Positions 1 to 12,562 of a stretch of 64,000 bases of DNA are shown in pieces. A model generated the notes under the pieces. That model was not told the DNA's origin and made no database searches. It saw only the letters and a program-made list of their open reading frames with translations. The translations under genes were made by a program, and so were the position numbers. The first letter of the stretch is position 1. The number at the start of each line of letters is the position of its first letter. Origin of the DNA: Octopus sinensis (lineage: Eukaryota). Location: positions 155,496,001-155,560,000 of the forward strand of contig NC_042998.1 in the NCBI RefSeq assembly GCF_006345805.1. The letters are read 5' to 3'.

Positions 1-80
1 ACTGTCTTCTACTATAGTTCCAGGGCACCCAAGCCTATGTGAGGGGATTTGATAGACAGAAACTGAAAACAGCTTGTACA
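1..80 (+). mobile_element. Internal fragment of tRNA-derived SINE
   Basis: GTCTTCTACTATAG...GGATTTGATAGACAGAAACTGAAA matches the SINE copy at 33187-33570. Confidence 0.6.
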
Positions 81-409
81 TGCGTGTGTTTGTCCGTCCA
101 TATATGTATACAGGCATATGTATGTATATGTGTGCATATATATGTCTACATGTATATGCATGTATGTTTATTTATAAGAATAAGAGAAAAGGTTAGAAGG
201 TAGATGTAAAAGGTGCAAGGGTGAAAACACAAGAAAATGAAAGGAAAAGGAAAAAGAAAAACAAAGGGAGAATTAAAGTTATGTCCCCTTTGATCATAAA
301 GCCATAATAAGGCAGAACAAATAAGGGTCTACTGTGTGTGGTACAGACGCTCAATCCAAACAAAGTGTTACTTTCCAATACACCCACAGGAACTTATCTA
401 TTTGCTTAC

Positions 410-468
410 ATCCTCTGAAAGTCATCAGTGCTGTGCAGTTCTTGGATCTGGATCCATTTTAGAACAGC
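410..468 (-). CDS. Candidate host exon, phase 0 to 2: AVLKWIQIQELHSTDDFQR
   Basis: acceptor catacagtctttag, donor GAT|gtaagc, 59 nt, open in the phase expected from upstream exons; linkage to the main gene not proven. Confidence 0.45.
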
Positions 469-556
469 CTAAAGACTGTATGAAGGTACCAGGCATGTTA
501 TGAAGTAGTACATATACATATGTATATGTATATACATGTACATATACATAAATGTA

Positions 557-1867
557 AAGGGTGCCATGGGTACACTGTCACTATTTTATAGTTTTAATTT
601 TGCGCATGCACATTATTTGCTTTTGATTTTGTTGACTACACAGTATACTAGGGTCAATTGGGCACTGTCTGTGAGAAAAACAGCACCATGATGCAATTCA
701 CTCTGCCAGAAATTTGGAAATAAAATGCTATTCTGCCAGAAGATCCAATACAAACATTTCAGAGTGTTTGAGCGTCAATCAGAGGACAGTGCAATCTGAA
801 GAATATGTACCAAGAGTGATAAAAATCAAATATCCAGTCAACGTGTTAGTGTTTGAAGTGTCTCCATTCATGCATAAGATCTGGTCGTAAAATCTAAGTA
901 GAGATTTCAAACTTGAAATCTTCAAAGCCACAGTCGAACCAATCCTACTATATGGCTCAGAAACCTGGACGTTATTAAAGAAGCTTGAGAGGCGGTTGGA
1001 TGGAACCTACACTTGCCTCCTTATGAGAGCTCAAAATCTCTTGTGGAAGTGCCATCCAACCAAAATGCAAATATATGGGAAACTACCACCTGTGTCATCT
1101 CCTGTGAAAGGTAGGAGAGTCCAGTTTGCTGGACATTGTTGTAGAGCTGAAAAAGAAGTAATTTCTATCTTCTCCTCTGGAAGCCATCTACTCGCAATAC
1201 CAGAAGGCGCACACTCTCCTACCCTGATGTAATCTCCAGGGATACAGGCATCCAGCAACAGGACCTCCGTAATGCCATGATGGACTGTGAAGTCTGGCGT
1301 AGCATGGTAAATTCCATTGTCTCGACCACGGTCGAACAATGATGATGATGATGATTCATCTTCCCACACGGCCTCAGACTTAACACATCAAGTGCTTGGA
1401 GGAGGTAGTGCTGTCCTGGTTCAAGAGGGTGGCTGCTGGAAGACCCTATGTCTGGCAACAAAACTCTGCACCATGCCACACAAGCTCCTGCATGTGTAGC
1501 ATGGTGCACAGTTGTGGCTGTCAGACAATTTCTGTAACCACATCACCCCTAACATCTGGCCACCTAACTCCCCACACTGCAACTCCCTTGATTAATATGT
1601 GGGGGGGGGGGCAGTTGAGCGAGAGCCCAACAAAACTCTTTGTAACACGAAAGATGAACTGAAGGCAAGAATTATGGCAGCATTCACTAACTTAAACTAG
1701 AAGACCGTCCAGAAAAGTTGCAAGAGTTTCTGAAGTCATTTGGAGGTCATGGGTGAAGTCATCGGCGATTTTATTGAATAAATTTACTCTTTAGTATTTC
1801 AAGATATATGAATGTGTTATTTTCATTATTTGCATAATTTAGACAACAGTTTATTTACCACACCCTT
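557..1867 (+). mobile_element. Decayed Tc1/mariner-superfamily (maT-like) element interrupted by an RTE insertion
   Basis: TA-AAGGGTG ... CACCCTT-TA ends; remnants PFIFPHGLRL (rejoined across the RTE), WQQNSAPCH, IWPPNSPHCNSLD. Confidence 0.7.
872..1353 (+). mobile_element. 5'-truncated RTE-clade LINE, family A
   Basis: IFKATVEPILLYGSETW...RRVQFAGHC; (TGA)n tail; TSD ATTCAT at 866-871 and 1354-1359. Confidence 0.85.
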
Positions 1868-1899
<32 letters not shown>

Positions 1900-2038
1900 G
1901 AAATGAGGTAATCAGAAGATCGGATGGTTCATATTTACAGATATTTATTTATATATTACATTTTTTACATATATATATATCATATCAGTCAGATCATTAG
2001 CACTTTCTTCCATTCTAGTGGGGTTTTCAAATCAGAAT

Positions 2039-2080
<42 letters not shown>

Positions 2081-2096
2081 CATACACATACATACA

Positions 2097-4991
2097 TCTC
2101 TATATTATAATCCTGAAATGCAAAAAGTTTGTTTGTCTGGTTTTGGCATTGAGAACGTGTTAAAGGCCACTAGATCCCGTCGGATTGACTCCAAAATTTA
2201 CAGGGACATGTAAAATGAGGTGAGGATGCCAGTGGGCTAGGTTAGAAATCCCCATCTTAAAAGGTGTCGTTGCTAGGGCCAAAAACGCACACCTTGACAA
2301 GTCTACTCTCATTCTTTTATGTGTCTGTCTTTCTCCATCTCTCGCGTTCCTCCCTTCTTTTCACCTTCTCTCTATAACGTCATTTCACAGCGTCTATTAT
2401 CTTTTCCCCCCCGCCATCACATTCTATTATCTGCCTGTCTTCCTCCATCTCTCTCTTTCCTCCCTTCCTTTTCACTTTCTAAAACGTCGTTTGGTAGCGT
2501 CTACTATCTTTCCTTTGCCAGCGCTGTCACTCTCTCTCTCTACGTCTGTCTGCATTCATTGAGAGAATTATCATCGCCACCACCATACAATCATGAGAAT
2601 CTTTCTCTTAAGCCAAATCATCTTTAGGTTTCAAAATATTTCATTTTTCAGTCCTCTCTTTCATATATCACCTTTTCTTCCTCGATCTCTCTCTTTACCC
2701 CCTTCCCTACACTTTCTCTCTATATAACGACGTTTGACACCTCCGCCGTCTCTCTTCTCCAACGCGTCGCTCAATGTATTTCTGTTTGTATCTATAAAGA
2801 TGAAACGTGACAGCCGCAAAAGTTTAAATATTCCTACCACAGGTCTTTCAGAAAGGTGAATTATTATCTCCCACCACCACCGCACAATTATAACAGATAT
2901 TATTTATCAGAAGATATGTTGTTATTTTGCGTGGATTTTCTGTGCTAAGAAACATTATACCCTTTTAAAGAATTTATTTTTTTGTTCAAGGCGACCATCG
3001 TTAACAAAAATTTGTTGGTAAATTAAAAAAATTTTCCAGTTTTGAAATATTTATCTACCTGTCTTTCTCCATCTATCTCTTTGTCCTCCCTTCCTTTCAC
3101 TTTCTCTCTATAACGTCGTTTCACAGCGTCTACTATCTTTCCTTCGCCAGCGCTGTCACTCTCTCTCTCTCTACGTCTGTCTGCATTCATAGAGAGTTTT
3201 ATTATTGCCACCACCACAAGTCTACTCTCATTCTATTATCTGCCTGTCTTCCTCTATCTCTCTCTTTCCTCCCTTCCTTTCACTTTCTCTCTATAACGTC
3301 GTTTGATAGCATCTACTATCTTTCCTCCGTCGCCTTCGCTGTCACTCTCTCTCTCTACGTCTTTCTCTTTCCCCCTTCCCTCCACTTTCTCTCTATAACG
3401 ACGTTTGACACGTCCACCGTCTCCCATTCTTCTCCACCACCTCTCTCAATGTATGTCTGTATCTATAAAGACGAAACGTGGCAGCCACAAAAGTTTAAAT
3501 ATTCCCACCACAGGTCTTTCATAAAGATGAATTATTATCTCCCACCACCACCGCACAATTATAACAGATATTATTTATCAGAAGATATGTTATTATTTTG
3601 CGTGGATAAAAGATTTTCTGTGCTAAGAAACATTATACCCTTTTAAAGAATTTATTTGTATGCTCAAGGCGACCGTCATTAACAAAAATTTGTCGGTAAA
3701 TTTGAAAAATTTTCCAGTTTTGAAATATTTACTTAACTATTTTATTCGTTTTCTCATTGTAAACCAAATCTTTAGGTTTCAAAATATTTTATTGTTCAGT
3801 CCTCTCTTTCATATATGACCTTTTCTTCCTCGATCTCTCTTTTCCCCCTTCCCCTCCACTTTCTTTCTATAACTACGTTTGACAGCTTTGCCGTCTCTGT
3901 TACTCTTTCTTCCACCACCCCTCTCACTGTATGATTGTCGTTTCTTTGGCTAACTGCCTGTCTTCCTCCGTCTCTCTCTTTCCCCCTTCCCTCCAATTTC
4001 TCTCTATAACAACGTTTGACACCTCCGCCATCTCTCTTTCTTCTCCACCGCCTCTCTCAATGTATGTCTGTTTGCATCTATAAAGACGAAACGTGACAGC
4101 CGCAAATTTCATACACTATTGCAGATGTGAGTTTACAGTCTGCCTTTTTTGGTTTAAACTATCTTCCTGCAGGTTAAAAAACTTTTTTTTTTTAGAGTCC
4201 TCGATAATATACGCCACCAAAATTCCATTTTTCAATGTTATGATTATCATCATCATTGTTCGACCGTGGTCGAGACAATGGAATTTACCATGTTGCGCCA
4301 GACTTCACGGTCCATCATAGCATTACGGAGGTCCTGTTGCTGGATGCCTGTATCCCTGGAGATTACATCAGGGTAGGAGAGTGTGCGCCCTCTGGTGTTT
4401 CGAGTAGATGGCTTCCAGAGGAGAAGAGTAGAAATTACTTCTTTTTCAGCTCTACAACAATGTCCAGCAAACTGGACTCTCCTACCCTTCACAAGAGATG
4501 ACACAGGTGGTAATTTCCCATATATTTGCATTTTAGTTGGATGGCGCCTCCACGAGAGATTTTGAGCTCTCATAAGGAGGCGAGTGTAGGTTCCATCCAC
4601 CGCCTCTCAAGCTTCTTTGATAACGTCCAGGTTTCTGAGCCATATAGTAGGATTGGTTCGACTGTGGCTTTGAATATTTCAAGTTTGAAGTCTCTACTTA
4701 GATTTGATGACCAGATCTTATGCATGTCATTACAGGCTGACCAGGCCATACCCTTTCTAGTTAGAAAGTCTTTTCCAGATGATGATATGTATGACCCAAG
4801 ATATATGATTATACCCAGAGTGCTCTAATCGAATATGAACTGTCTTCCCATTGGCAGACGTTTGTTTTTTTTTTTTTTTAAATAAACGCATTGCCACTTT
4901 CGTTTTTAAAACAATAAAACAATGCTACATTAATACATTGGTCCAACAAGCAAAACATCACCTGCGCGTAGAGCAGGTCACCTTAAGCTAG
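2097..4991 (+). mobile_element. Non-autonomous Helitron with internal CT-rich duplications
   Basis: A|TCTCTATATTATAA 5' end; 3' hairpin ACCTGC-gcgtaga-GCAGGT (4960-4978) followed by CTAG|T (4988-4992); internal block of about 260 bp duplicated (2795-3055 and 3465-3730). Confidence 0.75.
4248..4803 (-). mobile_element. 5'-truncated RTE-clade LINE, family A, nested in the Helitron
   Basis: YLGSYISS...LLYGSETW...VSTTVEQ*; (TGA)n tail; TSD TATGATTAT at 4239-4247 and 4804-4812. Confidence 0.88.
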
Positions 4992-5001
4992 TATGTGTGC
5001 G

Positions 5002-5033
<32 letters not shown>

Positions 5034-5109
5034 TACATATTCTTATGTGTATATATATATATATATACACACACACACATATACATATATGGACGACCAT
5101 GGGTGCACC

Positions 5110-5432
5110 TCAGAGGTTCTCCTCCAGGGTACAAATCTAGGTGGAAATTCGCCTCACCAGTGAACGTACAACCTAGGGTTGTTTTTATGGAATATCAGCA
5201 GTCACCCATGCATACCAGCCGCCCCTCTCTGTCCCACCAATGTTATTCAAGGGAAAGGCTGATACAGCTTGGCACCAGTGACGTTGCAACTCATTTCTAC
5301 AGCTGAGTGAACTGGAGCAACATGAAATAAAGTGTCTTACTCAAGAACACAACATGCAGCTCCATCCAGGAATCAACCTCACAACTTCACGATCGTAAGC
5401 TCCACATTTTAACCACTGAGCCATGTGCCTTC
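5110..5432 (-). mobile_element. tRNA-derived SINE, second family
   Basis: minus strand head GGCACATGGCTCAGTGGTTAAA...GGTTGATTCC (A/B-box-like), then TTCTTGAGTAAGACACTTTATTTC core. Confidence 0.7.
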
Positions 5433-6025
5433 ACTCATACATATATGTATACTGGCAATGCATCTCAGCATTGCCTGGGTGTAATGACCTACAAGTACAT
5501 TGTATTATTTTCTCCTTTCTAATAGGCAGAATTGGCAAAGCTGATAATGTTAATGGAATAATGGAAGTAATTTTTTGTTTAATAGTGAAGGGCAAGGGTA
5601 CAATTTGCATGGGTTTGCACGAAAGTGCTTTCTGAACTTAAGAAGGATCAGAAACTATGTATTGTTTCACTGTATAAAAGAGCATTAATACAATTTAGTC
5701 CAGAAATCATGTTTTCAAAATTTTAATTTCCATCTATCCCCACCGCAATTTCTTAATTTGTAACTATTTCAAATTTTTTTTCTTATCTACATAGGAAAAT
5801 AGAGATAACAAATCTGGAAAATATATATATATTTTTTATAGTTTAATTTTTCTTAAAGAAACATTCAATGCCCCTTCCTCCATCTCGCCCACCCACCAGC
5901 TACCAACTTTCAAAAAAGCTAAAATCTCCCAATCTTTCATTTCTGTCTGATGCTTCCCACATGCGTAGAATTCTGAAATAGTAGATTTCAAAAATACCAG
6001 ACCACCACCAGAAAACCCAACTTAC

Positions 6026-6082
6026 TAATAACAACAGGTAAATGACATTATTTCTGAAGAAACTTCCCTGCTTTCCAAATAG
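6026..6082 (-). CDS. Candidate host exon, 57 nt, phase 0 to 0: LFGKQGSFFRNNVIYLLLL
   Basis: acceptor tgtttcacttttag, donor TTA|gtaagt; open frame (a second frame is also open). Confidence 0.4.
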
Positions 6083-7111
6083 CTAAAAGTGAAACATTGG
6101 GAGTGTCTAGCTTTTTGAAATTGGTGAGGTAAAATTCTTAAAGATTTTTTCTCCATGGATTAGCAAAGACAAGATTTCTGGGAAAACTTCCTTTTAAGCT
6201 TATATAGAAGATCAGGTTTTTAAATACACTCATCACAAACACAAATTACACAATAGAGAAAGATCATTTCAATTGGGTTTGAGTTGTAAATTTCCATGTG
6301 CACATTGCAAGAATTAACATAATTCACACTAAACTTTTACCTAGAGTGTCTGTATCGAAGTTATTTTATGGCATCTTTTTCATTTGAAGAGAAGTTGTCA
6401 ACTTGACATATATGGGATCATATGATTGTTAATTTCCATAAAATTATTTTAATTTCTGTATACTCTGAAGAGAGCAGAAATTGAAAGAGAGGATAAAATG
6501 AGAGGAAAAAGTGTAAGATGTACGCGCATATGAAATGGACATGTGTGTGTGTGTGAGAGAGAGAGCAAGAGTGAGTGAATGAGTGAAAGTGTGTGTTGTG
6601 ATGTATGAAATTTTTTGCATGTATGTGCAAGTAGCATTCACTCACTCTCTCACACACACATATTTTTCATATATATGTACATAAATAGGTGGAGGTAAAA
6701 AATACACATACCACACGTTTTCAGCGTAACCCTAACCCTAAACACCAGGAGTGTGTATTCTTGATCTTTGCCCATAAATACATATGCATACATCTTTTTT
6801 GTGCATAAGAGAGAGTGTTCCTCATAACATATAGAAAAATTGATGTCTTTTAATGCAATTTTTTTTTGGTTGCAGATTATTTTCATATAATATTTATGTG
6901 TACATTTTCATAAATATTTGTCTGAATAGAATTCTACACATGTGTGAAACATCAGACGAAAGAGATACATTAGAAGCAAATCAAAATATTGTCTGAAAAT
7001 GACCTCAAAATTTTACAACCCAACCTAGTTGCTGAGGTTATTTTAGTTGTAAAAAAAGAGTTGTTGAGTTAAAAACAATAGTTTATTTGGTAGATAGATA
7101 ATAAGCAGCTT

Positions 7112-9592
7112 CATCATCATCATCATCATCATTTAGCGTCCGTTTTCCATGCTAGCATGGGTTGGACGGTTCTACTGGGGTCTGTGAAGCCAGAAGGCTT
7201 CATCAGGCCCAGTCAAATCTGGCAGTGTTTCTACGGCTGGATGCCCTTCCTAACGCCAACCACTCCGTGAGTGTAGTGGGTGCTTTTTACGTGCCACCCG
7301 CACTGGTGCCAGACAGAGCTGGCAAACGGCCACGAACGGATGGTGCTTTTTATGTGCCACCGGCACGAGGGCCAGGCGAGGCTGGCAACGGACACGAAAC
7401 GGGGCGGTGCTGGCAACGGTCGCGAAACGGAAAGTTCTCTTACATGCCACCGGCACTGGTAACACATCTGCAATTTCCATTGATCGATTTCCATTGATCG
7501 ATTTCGATTCTGATCCTCACTTGCCTCAATGGGTCTTCACAAGCAGAGTTTTGACATGCCACCGGCACTGGTAGCACATCCGCAATTTCCATTGATCGAT
7601 TTCGATTCTGATCCTCACTTGCCTCAACACGTCTTCACAAGTAGAGTTTTTGTGTCCCAGAAGGGAAGGTATGCATACGTAGGCTGGCTCCATCCCATGT
7701 AGAAGGCCACGGGTTGTGGACTCACTTGTCCTGCCGGGTCTTCTCGCGCACAGCACACTTCCAGAGGTCTCGGTCTCTAGTCATTTCCTCAGTGAGACCT
7801 AAAGTTCAAAGGTCGTGCTTCACCACCTCGTCCCAGGTTTTCCTGGGTCTGCCTCTTCCACAGGTTCCCTCAACCGCTAGGGTGTGGCACTTTTTCACAC
7901 AACTATCTTCATCCATTCTCGCCACATGACCATACCAGCGCAAACGTCTCTCTTGCACACCACAACTGATGCTTCTTAGGTCCAGCTTTTCTCTCAAGGT
8001 ACTTACACTCTGCCGAGTGTGAGTACCGGCATTACACATCCATCGGAGCATACTGGCTTCATTTCTAGCGAGCTTACGCATATCCTCAGCAGTCACGGCC
8101 CATGTTTCACTGCCATGTAGCATGGCTGTTCGTACACACGCATCATACAGTCTGCCTTTCACTCTGTGCGAGAGGCCTTTTGTCACCAGCAGAGGTAAGA
8201 GCTCTCTGAACTTTGCCCAAGCTATTCTTACTCTAGCAGTTACACTTTCAGCACACCCGCCCCCGCTGCTGACTTGGTCACCTAGGTAACGGAAACTATC
8301 AACTATTTCTAGTTTTTCTCCCTGGAAAGTGACGGAAGTTGGTCTCAGAGCATTTTCAGTGTTTATTGTTCCTGAGCATCTGCCACATACAAAAACCATC
8401 TTCCTAGTTAGCCTTCCTTTGACATTGCTGCATCTCTTATGTGTCCATAGCTTACACTTGGTGCATCTTATAGAGTTTCTACCTACACCTTTTCTACAGA
8501 TCGAGCAGGCCATCTACCTGAAGGTGTTTGTGATTTGTCTACCTTCCTACTGATTACGACTTTGGTTTTAGCTAGATTGACTCTGAGGCCCTTGATTCTA
8601 ATCCTTGTTTCCACACCTGAAACTTCTCCTCCAGTTCTGATAGCGACTCAGCAATTAGAGCAAGGTCATCAGCATAGAGGAGCTCCCAAGGGCATCCTGT
8701 CTTGAATTCCTCCGTTATTGCCTGGAGGACTAAGATAAATAGGAGGGGGCTGAGTACTGAGCCTTGGTGGACCCCTACCTCTACCCGGAATTCTTCACTG
8801 TACTCATTTCCAACCCTCACCCTACTAGCGGCGTCCCTATACATGGCCCGCACAGCTCTCACTAACCATTCATCTATCCCTAGTTTTCTCATTGCCCACC
8901 AGATAAGGGATCGGGGGACCCTGTCGAAGGCTTTCTCCATGTCAACAAAAGCCAGGTACAGGGACTTATCTTTGGCTAGGTATTTCTCCTGCAGCTACCT
9001 TACCAGGAATATAGCATCAGTAGTACTTTTCCCTGGCACAAACCCAAACTGCATCTCATCTAAACTAACTCTCTCTCTAATTAGTTGGGCTATGACCCTC
9101 TCCGTAACCTTCATCACCTGGTCCAACAGCTTGATACCTCTGTAGTTATTTGTATCTAGGGCATCACCTTTACCTTTGTAGCAGTTGACTATTATACTGC
9201 TACACCAGTCATTGGGTATGACCCCTTTGTGTATCACCTGATTAACTATATGGGTGACTAGGCTATAGCCGACACTACCAGACATTTTGAGCATCTCTGC
9301 AGTGATTCCTGATGGGCCTGGGGCTTTCCCTGTCTTCATGCTTCTAATTGCCTTAGCTACCACAGAACTATCAACTCGGATAGCTGGTCCCTCTGTTGGG
9401 TCAACATTCGGCAGACTCTCTTTATCCCATTCATTTTCTTCATTCAGCAACCTTTCATAGTGGCATCTCCAGACCTCTCTCTTTGCATCCTCATTTAGCG
9501 CAAGTGAACCATCTTCCATGCGAACACACTTCTCTCCTACCACATCACGATTCTCTCTCACACACTGTCTTGCAACACGAAACACCTCCACT
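7112..9592 (-). mobile_element. 5'-truncated RTE LINE, family B: RT, PHD-like finger, C-terminal region and long 3' UTR
   Basis: NYRGIKLL, QFGFVPGKSTTDAIF, FVDMEKAFDRV, GVHQGSVLSPLLF, LLYADDL, MLHGSETW; one nonsense (8995-8997) and two apparent 1-bp deletions near 8595 and 8510; (ATG)n tail. Confidence 0.95.
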
Positions 9593-9879
9593 TTATTATA
9601 ATACATATGTGACTAATTCAGAGAAACATTACTTTCATTATTAACACATTGTCACTCTCGTAATGCAACACTTTGTAATTTTGATTCATACTGAAAGTGT
9701 GAAACTATTTTCATTTTGTAATGAAACCTGGTCATAGTAAAGAAGGGTATTTGAAATAACTACAGCTGGTTATTGAGATAACGTAGAAAATATATAAATG
9801 AAAATACGGCTTATTTGATATGTGTAATTGATTTGATTGTTCTGGAAGGCGGCAAGCTGGCAGAATCGTTAGAAATAAA

Positions 9880-10680
9880 ATAGAAAAAAAGAAACCAATA
9901 CCATGTGTAAGAATAGTTGACCCCCAAAATATAACCCATCATTCTAATAAAGAAAGCAACAATACTATTTGGATCATAATACCTTTTTGCCAAACATCTA
10001 AAATCTAATTTTATTAAATCCATTAGAAATATAATAAATAAAAACTTTAAAAACTCCAAATATGCAAAAATATTTAATAACAAAAAATTCAGATTTGGAT
10101 TTTCAGTCTCTCCAAACCTTTTCAGGATAATCTCTTCTCTTAACAATAAGAATCTGGACCTATTCTATAATAAAAAAAAAACTTCATCCAATATACCTGA
10201 CAACTCCAATAATTCTATAGCTAACAACCGCTATTACAATATTAACCCAAACTCCATTATCCCTAATAGACATAACAACATAGTACCACCCAATAATTTA
10301 AATTGTAATTACAGAGACCCAGATACTTATGAAATAGATAGAAATTGTAAAATGAAAGAAGTAGTATACCAAGCTACCACTTTTACTTATAACTCCTCTA
10401 AATATATATACATTGGTTGCACAAAAAATCCTATAAAATCACAAATAAATAATCATAGATCTTCTTTTAATGGCCCTAGAAAAGAAAATCAGGTCTCTCT
10501 AAAAAAATTTGGCAACTCAAAAGAAACAATATTGATTACTCAATATCTTGGAAAATCCTATCTTCTGCCCCATCTTTCAGATATAATAACAAAACTGGTA
10601 GGTTATTTTTGGAAGAAAGCTACAATATAATGAGAATGAATGGACATCTGGTTAATACGAGAGATGGAAAAGTTTTTTTC
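9880..10680 (+). mobile_element. Decayed Penelope-like element, GIY-YIG region
   Basis: KIFNNKKFRFGFS, CKMKEVVYQA...YIYIGCTKNPIKSQINNHRSSF. Confidence 0.7.
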
Positions 10681-12562
10681 TTATAAACATGACCAAATTC
10701 CTTTTCGTTAATCTTAGATAATAGTTTCCCCCCATGCTTATTTTAATTTTTTGATAACATTTTTTTATTCTAATATCTCTAACTCTCCCCTCTATTATTA
10801 CATGACCTACCTTATATTGGGCTAACATTTTCTCCAAATCTCCCTACACCTCCCTTTCTCTCAATTCATTTTTACATAGGTTCCCTTAGAATATAATATT
10901 CCTGTCTTCTTTGTAATTCATTTATTTGCATAATATGCACTTAACAAAAACCCCTTCCACTTACTTATTTTAATTAATAATGTTTTATGTTACTTGCCAA
11001 TCTACCTGCTATTTAACTATATTTTACAGCTGATATATGCAAACACATATAATACTTCTTGGCGTCCAACTTGCCTACAACAATGTGTACATTTGTAGAT
11101 ATCTATACTATTTATCATTGTGTATATATCTATTATTATTACTATTGTGTGCTTATTAACTATATGTTACCACTAATATGTATTTTTAATATGAACGTGT
11201 GCACATATACTCATGTTCCACACATACACATATACAACTATTTATATAACATTTTTTTTATATGCATGAGTAATTATAATTTTAATTATTATTACTATTA
11301 TTATAATTATATCTATATCCGTTTGGCCTTTTTTTCTCTCTCTCACTTTGCACCAGTATGAGTATTATTATTTTTGTACAGCGTCCTTTCCTTCATGTAC
11401 ACCCTCAAATAAAACAACTTGAAAAACAACTAGAATACCTACATCTATGTATACTATTTTGCAGATATGTCCTATACTAATGTATTAGTATACACTAAAA
11501 CAATTTTTTCCCTTACAAGGTTGTTGTTTTTTTATATGACATTATATATGAATTATTTTGCATACTTATGTGCACCCACTTAGGAAAATACTTTTTCTTA
11601 TATTCATAATGCAAAATAACCTATTGAATATTTATTACTTACATAATATTACTATATAATTCCCTCTCCTTTTACGCTAAGCTAGCTTCTTAACTCACAC
11701 TTTTATTTATACCTAAACTTAGTCAATGCATTATATATCGATACACATAATTTAAAACTCCTTCCTAGCTATATTATCTCCCCTACATTGGTATTTTCAA
11801 TTTACTGCATCTAACTACACCTCTGAATGTTCTTTTTAATATTGTATAGCCACAGCAAGCATACACTATTTATATCTGTAATATTAACTAATTTCCTATT
11901 TTTTATTTTTTTCCCTATATCTAATACATACAAACGAATATTAGTTCTTACAGTAACACAACCCCATTTTACGTAGCACTTTATGTTTTCCACTAATACT
12001 TGTTATCGTTGCATTTTAACCCTAATCCTATATATTACATTCACTAGTTTAATTTCAATCTAACACACAATTTTTTTAAATACACACCATACCTAAATCT
12101 GCTCATAACTGTCTAGTCATATCCTAATTCAAACATAACTACACTTTTAAATTGGACTTTTCTACTATACTTCCTTGCATACATAACATATTTGGAGTTA
12201 GAATTACTTATCCACTTACTTACTTAGACGGAACGTCTCATAAAACCTTTTTCACTTATATTTTCAAATAGCTGTTAGTTGCCTTAGTTTTTAGTTGACA
12301 CATAACTAGTCTCACATCCTTTACTATGTTGCTTGTAATTTTCATAAGGATAAATATGTATATCCACAATTATTCTCAGCTAATTATGTATCATGTCCTA
12401 TGTACTAATAACTTTCTGTTTATACTTCTTGCAATGAGGAGAACAGTGATATATAATTAATTTGATTATTCAGTGCATGTTCTAATATCAGTGTTTGAAA
12501 CGATCATATGCATGTATTGAAATTTTTTAAATCTTAACATCTCTTCTCCATTATTAACACAA

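Noticed and set aside
6341-6464. Strong acceptor/donor pair on the minus strand
   Set aside because: Stops in all three frames; could only be terminal or non-coding, and nothing supports that
6727-6740. TAACCCTAACCCTA telomere-like repeat
   Set aside because: Only about two units; not evidence of a telomeric or interstitial telomeric site
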